A DNA stretch of 25,810 nucleotides. It comes from Candidatus Bipolaricaulia bacterium (GTDB lineage Bacteria; Bipolaricaulota; Bipolaricaulia; RBG-16-55-9). This document shows, piece after piece, positions 8,410 through 15,658 of this stretch. The notes beneath the pieces were generated by a model. It searched no databases. It had not been told where the DNA came from and was given only the letters and a program-made list of their open reading frames with translations. The stretch is taken from positions 1 through 25,810 of the forward strand of contig JBDGQO010000094.1 in the NCBI GenBank assembly GCA_042219045.1. The letters run 5' to 3'. The translations under genes were made by a program, and so were the position numbers. Position 1 is the stretch's first letter. Each line of letters opens with the position of its first letter.

Positions 8410-8571
8410 ATGTTTACGAGGGGACGCACTGTTCGGCCTGCCCAAGCGATCGAGCTGGCCCTGATCTCGATGACGGTGCTGATGACCGCCGTTTTGCTTA
8501 TGGGCTTTGAGAGCTTTGTCATTCTGCTCATCTATCTGGCGGTCATGGCGATGATCGGCTTGATGGATTGA
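8410..8571 (+). CDS. Putative small membrane protein (~53 aa, two hydrophobic helices)
   Basis: 3' end of a long shadow ORF encodes AIELALISMTVLMTAVLLMGFESFVILLIYLAVMAMIGLMD in otherwise intergenic space; start uncertain. Confidence 0.5.
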   Translation: MFTRGRTVRPAQAIELALISMTVLMTAVLLMGFESFVILLIYLAVMAMIGLMD

Positions 8572-8591
8572 GCCCCTGTTGCTGGTCCTAT

Positions 8592-8620
8592 CTGTCAACG
8601 GCCGACAGGCATGATAGAAT
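8592..8620 (+). promoter_or_regulatory. Upstream (distal) candidate promoter for csp
   Basis: CTGTCA-17 nt-TAGAAT with extended -10 TG. Confidence 0.45.
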
Positions 8621-8714
8621 TTGTTGGACATCCATCGGATGGCCTGAGCAGCTGGTCGAAGCCGACAATGCCCTGCGTCGATGCCGTGAAAAGCGCGGAT
8701 TCCGTCGTCCTTTC

Positions 8715-8743
8715 TTGACATTCGAGCAGAATGTTGCTATATT
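8715..8743 (+). promoter_or_regulatory. Near-consensus sigma70 promoter of the cold-shock gene
   Basis: TTGACA-17 nt-TATATT with TGn extension; implies a ~140 nt 5' UTR. Confidence 0.85.
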
Positions 8744-8892
8744 GGGATATCTGCAGCTTGAAGGCAGACCCCACAGTCCCGCCTGACAAGTTCTGACTCA
8801 ACGGCAGACGTCCCATTGTCACACGGTAAACCCGTTGGAAGTGGGGAAACGCCCGAGTCAAATCCCACGCAGATGTGTAGGAGGGTTTATCG

Positions 8893-9096
8893 ATGGCCAC
8901 AGGAACCGTCAAGTGGTTCAACGATGCCAAGGGCTTCGGCTTCATCGAGCAGGATAACGGTGGCGACGACGTGTTCGTCCACTTTTCTGCCGTGAACATG
9001 GAAGGCTACAAGACCCTGCGCGAGGGCCAGGCCGTTTCCTTCGACGTCGAACAAGACGAGAAGGGCCCCCGTGCCGCCAACGTCAACACGTACTAG
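8893..9096 (+). CDS. cspA: Cold-shock protein (CspA family)
   Basis: GTVKWFN, RNP1 KGFGFI, RNP2 VFVHF, 67 aa; SD AGGAGG. The exact paralog name is uncertain. Confidence 0.97.
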   Translation: MATGTVKWFNDAKGFGFIEQDNGGDDVFVHFSAVNMEGYKTLREGQAVSFDVEQDEKGPRAANVNTY

Positions 9097-9120
9097 CCAC
9101 TAACGACGCCGATCACGACC

Positions 9121-9161
9121 CGATCCCCGGTGCGGACCCCATGCGGTCCTGCCGGGGATCG
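9121..9161 (+). terminator. Strong stem-loop between csp and infA (terminator or mRNA-stabilising hairpin)
   Basis: CGATCCCCGG/CCGGGGATCG 10-bp perfect stem plus inner GGACC/GGTCC; no clear U tract. Confidence 0.55.
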
Positions 9162-9194
9162 TCGATTCTACACGGCCTAAACGGAGGGTGTGCC

Positions 9195-9419
9195 ATGTCC
9201 AGCAAAGAGGAACTGCTTGAACGAGACGGAACCGTCACGTCCGTGCTCAACAACATGATGTATCGCGTCCAGATCGACGACGGTCCGGAGATCCTCTGCT
9301 ACACCACGGGCAAGATCCGCCGGTTCCGCATCCGCATCCTGGCCGGCGACCGCGTGACGGTGGAGATGAGCCCTTACGACCTGGAGAAGGGCCGCATTAC
9401 CTGGCGCCACCGGTCCTAG
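9195..9419 (+). CDS. infA: Translation initiation factor IF-1
   Basis: [33 protein letters not shown]; start ATG 9195 after GGAGGG. Confidence 0.96.
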   Translation: MSSKEELLERDGTVTSVLNNMMYRVQIDDGPEILCYTTGKIRRFRIRILAGDRVTVEMSPYDLEKGRITWRHRS

Positions 9420-9487
9420 CTCCGCCGAGCGGGCGCCCGAACCCATCCTGCGACAGGCCCCCGTCGCATGGCTCCGGTGACCCGACG

Positions 9488-10606
9488 TTGACCCCGGATC
9501 AGCGCCAGCGGTTCACGGACAACCTCTTAACGTGGTACGAACGTCACCGGCGCGACCTGCCGTGGCGCCGGACGGACGATCCCTACAAGATCTGGGTCTC
9601 GGAGATCATGCTCCAGCAGACCCAGGTCGCCACCGCCCAGCCCTATTACGAACGCTTCATTGCCGCCTACCCGACCGTTCACGACCTCGCCGCCGCGCCG
9701 ATCGACGAGGTCCTCAAGCGCTGGGAAGGGCTCGGCTACTACGCCCGCGCTCGCAACCTCCACCGCGCCGCCCAGATCGTCGTCGAGGCATACGACGGCC
9801 AGTTGCCCCGCACGCGCGACGAGCTGCTGCAGTTGCCGGGCATCGGCCCCTACACGGTCGGCGCGATTTTGAGCATCGCCTTCGGCCAGCCCGAGCCCGC
9901 GCTCGACGGCAACGTCCGACGGGTCATGAGCCGAGTGTTGCTCATCGAGGACGATGCGATGCGCCCCGCCGTCGAACGGGAGATGCTCGACGAGTTGCGC
10001 CAATTGATCGCCACCGAGGCTCCCGCCGACTTCAATCAAGGGCTCATGGAGCTGGGCGGTGCGGTCTGTGTGTCACGATCGCCGCGTTGCCTCATCTGTC
10101 CCGTCTCCGAACAGTGCGCGGCTCGGGCGGCCAATCGCCAGAACGAGCTGCCCGTCAAGCGCCAACAACGCGCCCGACCCCACCATCACGTCGCCGTCGG
10201 CTTCATCTGGCACGATGGCCGGATCCTGATCGGTCGGCGCCCCTCCGAAGGACTGTTGGGCGGGTTGTGGGAGTTGCCCGGCGGCAAGCAGGACCCCGAC
10301 GAATCCCTGGAGGCCTGTCTTCGGCGCGAAGTCCAGGAAGAACTCGGAATCGAGATCGCCGTGGATCGACACCTCGTCACCGTCGAGCACGGCTACTCGC
10401 ACTTCTCCGTGACGCTGCACGCGTTCGAGGGCCAGTGGCAGTCGGGCGAGCCGCAGGCCATCGCCACGAGCGACTATGCCTGGATCCCGTGGGACGATCT
10501 CCGAGACTATCCGCTCCCCCGCGGAACGACGAAGATCCTCGACGCCCTGGCGTCGACCTCAGATCAGGAACGGGAAGAGGATGAACGCCAGGATCGTCTG
10601 CAGTAG
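9488..10606 (+). CDS. mutY: A/G-specific adenine glycosylase with C-terminal Nudix (MutT) domain
   Basis: RDLPWR, WVSEIMLQQTQV, WEGLGYYARARN, HhH LPGIGPYT, DGNV, Fe-S motif C-X6-C-X2-C-X5-C, complete Nudix box. Confidence 0.97.
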   Translation: MTPDQRQRFTDNLLTWYERHRRDLPWRRTDDPYKIWVSEIMLQQTQVATAQPYYERFIAAYPTVHDLAAAPIDEVLKRWEGLGYYARARNLHRAAQIVVEAYDGQLPRTRDELLQLPGIGPYTVGAILSIAFGQPEPALDGNVRRVMSRVLLIEDDAMRPAVEREMLDELRQLIATEAPADFNQGLMELGGAVCVSRSPRCLICPVSEQCAARAANRQNELPVKRQQRARPHHHVAVGFIWHDGRILIGRRPSEGLLGGLWELPGGKQDPDESLEACLRREVQEELGIEIAVDRHLVTVEHGYSHFSVTLHAFEGQWQSGEPQAIATSDYAWIPWDDLRDYPLPRGTTKILDALASTSDQEREEDERQDRLQ

Positions 10607-11212
10607 GAACAACAAAAAGTTCTGGATCTGGCTTTTATCCACCGACGGTGACCCTTGACGGCCGCCGTCGGATGGCGGTTGCAGCGAAAACGAGGTTGAG
10701 AAGTCGTCTTGGTATTGGATGGTGAAGGGCCGATCGAGGTTGAGCCCGTCGGGCAGCATCAGCACGCCGGCGTTCACCTCTTGCGACGGCACCGGCCCGG
10801 CTCGGAATCCGTCGGTGATCGGCTTGATGGACGAGGAACTCAGGAGGTAGTCGCGCTCACTCTGCACGAACGATATGGCATTGGGCTGGAACGTCGACTC
10901 CTGGGTCGGCACGATCATCGCCATCATGGCCCGCTGGCCCACGTACGGCCGAATTGACTCCTTGAGGCCGTCCCGCAGGTCGCTCTGCATGACTTCCTCA
11001 TTGATGAACACGAATGACAGGATGAACTGGTTGTCGCTGGTGTCGACAAAGAGCGTCGCGAGCGGTTCGGGCGGAATGCCCGTTCGGTCACTGATCTTGT
11101 TTTCGGCCCACTGTTCGAGCGGCGACTGGCCATAGGCGGGCGTCGCGGCCAACGCCGCGAACAGCACGGCGAGCGTCAGGACGAGCAGCGATGATCGCTC
11201 AAGCTTGGTCAT
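10559..11212 (-). CDS. Hypothetical exported protein with signal peptide and C-terminal membrane anchor
   Basis: Start ATG 11212 after GAAGGGGG; signal peptide ending PAYG; hydrophobic C-terminus FLLFLLQTILAFILFPFLI. Confidence 0.75.
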   Translation of the reverse strand: MTKLERSSLLVLTLAVLFAALAATPAYGQSPLEQWAENKISDRTGIPPEPLATLFVDTSDNQFILSFVFINEEVMQSDLRDGLKESIRPYVGQRAMMAMIVPTQESTFQPNAISFVQSERDYLLSSSSIKPITDGFRAGPVPSQEVNAGVLMLPDGLNLDRPFTIQYQDDFSTSFSLQPPSDGGRQGSPSVDKSQIQNFLLFLLQTILAFILFPFLI

Positions 11213-11373
11213 AGCGCGGCCCCCTTCATGCATTTTCGGGCTTGGTACGAAAGCCCCGTGCATGCCACCCCCAGGCCCGATGGCGACATTATAGGAGGAT
11301 CTCCCCGCTCGGACAAGATCGCTGATCACACAGACTGGGCCGTTCGCGCGATGTGCGGGGGCCCGAATCCGGG

Positions 11374-12384
11374 TCAGATCCGCTCGCGCTTGGGCTCGCG
11401 CGTCATGAGCTCGGCCAGCTTGGCTCGTGGGTCAGCGCCCTCGTAGAGCACAGCATTTACCGCGCTCGTGATCGGCAAGTCGATCCCGCGCGCTTGGCCG
11501 AACGCATGGAGCGCCCGCACGGCATGAACGCCCTCCGCGACCATGCGCATGTCGTTCTGGATCTCCGCCAACGACTCTCCGCGTCCGAGGCGCTCGCCCA
11601 CGGTGTGGTTGCGGCTCTTGCCCGACATGCATGTGATCACGAGATCGCCCAAGCCCGCCAACCCGAAGAACGTCTCCTTCTGGGCGCCGAGCGACTCACC
11701 CAGTCGGGTCATCTCTACCAGCCCGCGCGCGACGAGCGCCCCCTTGGCGTTGTCGCCGTGGCCGAGACCATCCGAAATGCCGGCTGCCAACGCGATGACG
11801 TTCTTCGTCGCAGCGCCGAGCTCAACGCCGTGGAGATCGGCGCTCGTATAAACGCGGAATCGCTCGGTCATGAACGCCGTCTGGATCGACGCAGCCAGAT
11901 CGGGATCCCGGCCGGCCAGCACTGCCGTGGTCGGCTGCTCTTGGGCCACTTCGACGGCGAAGTTCGGGCCGGATAGCGCGAGGACATGCGCGCTGCCCAG
12001 CTCCTCGCGGATCACCTCCGACATCGTGGTGAGTCGGGTTGCCTCCGCTCGATACTCCAGGCCCTTCGTCAGACTGACCCAGGTCGTCGCCTCAACGGAG
12101 CGGCCGAACGTCTCGCGCAGTCGTTGGAGGATCTCGCGCATCGCGAACGATGGAACCGCCAGGACCTGAACGTCGGCATGCGAGAGACGGGCAAGGTCGG
12201 CCGTGAACCGAAGCGCCTCGGGCAGGGAAACCCCGGGCAGATACGTTGGGTTCTCGCCTCGGGTCGCCAACGTCTCCACGAAGTCGGGGTTCCGCGCCCA
12301 AAGAACGGTGTGGTGGCCCTTTTGTCCAAGAAGGCGGGCGATGGCCGTGCCCCAACTCCCCGCGCCGATCACGCCGACGTCCAT
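11374..12384 (-). CDS. gpsA: NAD(P)H-dependent glycerol-3-phosphate dehydrogenase
   Basis: GAGSWG, TKGLE, LSGPNFA, KNVIALAAG, GLAGLGDLVITC, SRN. Confidence 0.98.
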   Translation of the reverse strand: MDVGVIGAGSWGTAIARLLGQKGHHTVLWARNPDFVETLATRGENPTYLPGVSLPEALRFTADLARLSHADVQVLAVPSFAMREILQRLRETFGRSVEATTWVSLTKGLEYRAEATRLTTMSEVIREELGSAHVLALSGPNFAVEVAQEQPTTAVLAGRDPDLAASIQTAFMTERFRVYTSADLHGVELGAATKNVIALAAGISDGLGHGDNAKGALVARGLVEMTRLGESLGAQKETFFGLAGLGDLVITCMSGKSRNHTVGERLGRGESLAEIQNDMRMVAEGVHAVRALHAFGQARGIDLPITSAVNAVLYEGADPRAKLAELMTREPKRERI

Positions 12385-12405
12385 CGTCCACGATCCCGAT
12401 GGGGA

Positions 12406-14070
12406 TCAGTTCGTCGACGGCGGATCGGGGATGAACTTGCAGGGGCACGTCGCGCCGCTCACCTTGTCAGACTGCAGCCACGTCTTGGCCGCGTCCATGG
12501 GATTGTTTTTCAGACGTGTCTCCAGCTCGTCCAACTTTGAGCCCAACGAAGAGCGTAACTCCTCCAACAAGGGCGGCAGCAGGACGCTCTCGGGGTTCGA
12601 CTCGCCACTCGTGTCCATCAACGTCTTTGGGTCCTTGGCGAGCAACTCGCGGAACGAAGCCAAGGCGTCCAGCGCGTCAGCGTACTCGTCCTCGGACGCG
12701 GCGAGCTGGACGTCGGTGAGCGCGTCGTTGTACCGATCCAGCACGCCACGGGCGGCCTCGGCAAACTCGGGCAGCGAGTCGCGCAGCTTTACGATCTCCT
12801 GTCGCACGGACTGGAGCGTCTTGAACCAGTCGTCGATGCGGAACTTCTCCGTTGGGGTCAGGCCGACGTTGTGGACCTTGTGGCCGTCGGCCGTGAAGTA
12901 CTGCGCGGTCGTGAGGAACAGCTTGCCGCCGCCGGAGGTATCGAACCCGCTCTGCACGACGCCCTTGCCGAACGTGGTGCGGCCCATCAGCCTACCCATC
13001 TGGTGATCGCGGATCGCACCGGCCAGGATCTCGCCGGCGCTGGCTGTGCCGCCGTCGACCAGGACGGCGATGGGCCAATTGGGCATCCCATTGCCAGAGC
13101 TGCTTAGGGTCTGGGTGCCTTGATTCCGCTCGCGGATTTGGACAACCGGCTTGCCGCGATCAATGAAGAGGCTCGCGACTTGGATGGAAGCCTGAAGATA
13201 GCCGCCGCCGTTGCCGCGCAGGTCGAGGACCAGTCCGTCAATGGATGACGACTGATCGCGCAGGTCGCTCAGTGCTTGACGCACCTCGTTCGGCGTGCTC
13301 TGCGCGAAACGGTTGATGCTTATGTACGCAGTGTCCTCGTTCAACATCTCATGTTTGGTGGAGGGAACCTTGATTTTGGCGCGAGTGATGGTGATCGTCG
13401 TCTCGGTGCCGTCCTGATGGCGGACCTTGACATTGACGTCCGTGCCAGCGGGACCACGCAACATTTGGGCGGCTTCGCTTACGGAGAATCCTTCCGTGCT
13501 CTTGCCGTCAATGGCTAGGATCTTGTCACCCGATCGGATTCCCGCAGCTTTCGCCGGTCCGCCCTCAATGGGGGAGATGACGACGATTTGCTCATCGCGG
13601 ATGCCAATCCAGGCGCCGATGCCCTCGTATTCGCCGCTCAGCCCGGACTGGAAGCGCTCGTATTCTTTAGGCGTGTTGTAGCGGCTGTAAGGGTCATCCA
13701 GCGTGGAGATCATGCCGCGGATCGCTTCGGTCTCCATGGACTGTGTGTTGATCCGCTCGGGCTTGTAGAAGTTGCTCTGGATCGTCTGATAGACCTCCTT
13801 CAGTCGATCGAACGACGGCTCTCCTGACGACTGGGCACTCGAGCTGTTCGACGACGTTGACGTGGATGACGTCGGATCGGAAGTGCCCTCATCCGACGAT
13901 GATGAGGCCGACGAGGCATCGGATGGCTGGTTGTCCGCCGAGGCCGATTCGGACGGCGTGGACGGCTGGAGGTCCGCCGAGTTGTTCGGTTGTAGGATCC
14001 CTTGGGCCCAGATGACCGCGACAACGAGCACGATGGCAGCCAGAGCCCAGACGGTCAGTTTGCGATCCAT
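12406..14070 (-). CDS. S41 C-terminal processing peptidase (CtpA/Prc family) with PDZ domain
   Basis: LDDPYS, GIGA, PDZ, LDLRGNGGG, catalytic TASAGE and TFGKG; start ATG 14070 after GAAGGAG. Confidence 0.95.
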   Translation of the reverse strand: MDRKLTVWALAAIVLVVAVIWAQGILQPNNSADLQPSTPSESASADNQPSDASSASSSSDEGTSDPTSSTSTSSNSSSAQSSGEPSFDRLKEVYQTIQSNFYKPERINTQSMETEAIRGMISTLDDPYSRYNTPKEYERFQSGLSGEYEGIGAWIGIRDEQIVVISPIEGGPAKAAGIRSGDKILAIDGKSTEGFSVSEAAQMLRGPAGTDVNVKVRHQDGTETTITITRAKIKVPSTKHEMLNEDTAYISINRFAQSTPNEVRQALSDLRDQSSSIDGLVLDLRGNGGGYLQASIQVASLFIDRGKPVVQIRERNQGTQTLSSSGNGMPNWPIAVLVDGGTASAGEILAGAIRDHQMGRLMGRTTFGKGVVQSGFDTSGGGKLFLTTAQYFTADGHKVHNVGLTPTEKFRIDDWFKTLQSVRQEIVKLRDSLPEFAEAARGVLDRYNDALTDVQLAASEDEYADALDALASFRELLAKDPKTLMDTSGESNPESVLLPPLLEELRSSLGSKLDELETRLKNNPMDAAKTWLQSDKVSGATCPCKFIPDPPSTN

Positions 14071-14135
14071 GAACGCTCCTTCCTGCAATGATCTGAGCCA
14101 TTATATCGACTCACGGCTCTGGCTCCACCGGGCGC

Positions 14136-14164
14136 TTGCTCGGTCCCGGAGCCTGACCTATGCT
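14136..14164 (+). promoter_or_regulatory. ruvA promoter, back-to-back with the S41 gene promoter (minus-strand TATAAT at 14105-14100)
   Basis: TTGCTC-17 nt-TATGCT, 11 nt upstream of ATG 14176; no SD. Confidence 0.5.
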
Positions 14165-14175
14165 AAATTCAGGCC

Positions 14176-14772
14176 ATGATTCATCACGTCGAGGGGCCGA
14201 TTGTCGAGCGGCATGACGATTATCTCGTCGTCGACGTCGGCGGCGTCGGGTACCGGGTCTACACGTCCAGAGCCACGCACGAGGCGTTTCACGGGCGAAC
14301 CGATCCCGTCAAGCTCTTCACGCATCTGCAGCTGCGCGAGGACGCCGTCGCGCTGTACGGCTTCAGCTCGCCGGAAGAACGCCAGCTCTTTGAACTCTTG
14401 TTGGGCGTGTCGGGCATTGGGCCGCGCTTGGCGATCTCCATTCTCTCCACGACGACGCCCGTCCGGCTCCAAGAGGCGATCATGAGCGAGCAGGTGGAAG
14501 GGTTCTCGCAAGTCAAGGGCGTCGGCAAGAAGACGGCGGAGCGGTTGATTATCGAGCTGCGCGATGCCGTCGCCGAGCTGCCGTTGGGCGGCGAAGCCGT
14601 CCCGACGATGACCCAGCGGGACGAGGTCGCGCTGGGCGCGCTGACCCAGTCGCTCGGCTTCGGCGACCGCGAAGCCCGGCGGGCGATCGCACAGGCGCGC
14701 GAGCACGAAGACGGGGATCAGCCACCGGAAGCACTCATCCGGCACGCGCTGGAATATCTGTCGCGGTCTTGA
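14176..14772 (+). CDS. ruvA: Holliday junction branch migration protein RuvA
   Basis: VDVGGVGY, REDAVALYGF, GVSGIGPRLA, VKGVGKKTAERLIIEL. Confidence 0.97.
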   Translation: MIHHVEGPIVERHDDYLVVDVGGVGYRVYTSRATHEAFHGRTDPVKLFTHLQLREDAVALYGFSSPEERQLFELLLGVSGIGPRLAISILSTTTPVRLQEAIMSEQVEGFSQVKGVGKKTAERLIIELRDAVAELPLGGEAVPTMTQRDEVALGALTQSLGFGDREARRAIAQAREHEDGDQPPEALIRHALEYLSRS

Positions 14773-14809
14773 TGCGCTACATCCGGCCGTAACGAAGGGT
14801 TGAGGCCTC

Positions 14810-15658
14810 ATGATTTTTCTCCACGACGAGCGCTGCCTGGAATATGGGCAAGCCGGTCATCCAGAGAATCCGGAACGGCTCCAGCGGGCCGTCGAGTTCC
14901 TTCGCCACCAGCCAGGCTATCGCTTCCAGACGCCGGACCCGGCGTCCGATGCGGATGTGCACCGCGTTCACAGCGAGAACCACCTGGAGCAGTTGCGCTC
15001 GGGCATCTTTCTCAGCCCGGACAATCCGAGTTACGCGGGCATCGAGGGGTACGCGACGCTCTCGGCCGGCGCGGCCATCCAAGCGGCCGAGCTCCAGGGA
15101 TTCTCCCTCATGCGCCCGCCCGGGCACCACGCCGCTGACGGGCGCATTGCCGGCTTCTGCTATCTCAACAACCTTGCCATCGCGGTCCGGTCCACGGGCG
15201 CGCGAACGCTGATCGTCGACATCGACGGCCACCACGGCGACGGCACGCAGATGGTGTTCCAAGACGACCCGCAGGTGACGTTCGTCTCGTTGCACAGCTC
15301 GCCCAACTTCCCCGGCACGGGGTTCAAATCCCGAGGCAACTGCCACAATTATCCCTTGCCGTTCGACTGCGGCGAGGCTCGCTATCTGCAAACGCTGGAC
15401 GAGGCCCTTAGTGCCGTCGATCTGGATGGGGTCAAGCAAGTGGCCGTCTCGGCCGGCTTTGACACCGATGAGCGCGACCCGCTTGCGTCCCTGGGGCTGG
15501 CGATCGACAGTTACCGCAAGATCGGCGAGCGGATTGCGGCCCTGGCGCTTCCCACGTTTGCGGTCCTGGAAGGCGGCTACGATCCCGAGCGCCTCGGCCC
15601 GGACATTGACGCGTTCTGCCGGGGCCTCTCCGGTGACGCTTCCGAAGGCGAGGTCTAG
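14810..15658 (+). CDS. Histone deacetylase-family (Zn-dependent) amidohydrolase
   Basis: HPENPERL, RPPGHH, GFC, DIDGHHGDG, FPGTG, SAGFD, LEGGY. Confidence 0.95.
   Translation: MIFLHDERCLEYGQAGHPENPERLQRAVEFLRHQPGYRFQTPDPASDADVHRVHSENHLEQLRSGIFLSPDNPSYAGIEGYATLSAGAAIQAAELQGFSLMRPPGHHAADGRIAGFCYLNNLAIAVRSTGARTLIVDIDGHHGDGTQMVFQDDPQVTFVSLHSSPNFPGTGFKSRGNCHNYPLPFDCGEARYLQTLDEALSAVDLDGVKQVAVSAGFDTDERDPLASLGLAIDSYRKIGERIAALALPTFAVLEGGYDPERLGPDIDAFCRGLSGDASEGEV

Noticed and set aside
8818..8870. c-di-GMP-I-like start (GGTAAACCCG...GGGGA) in the csp leader
   Set aside because: No GNRA-capped P2, no GCAAA junction and no P3 with tetraloop receptor.
13820..13980. Low-complexity GAC/GAT-rich repeats
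   Set aside because: They encode the Ser-rich linker of the S41 protease and are not a DNA repeat array.
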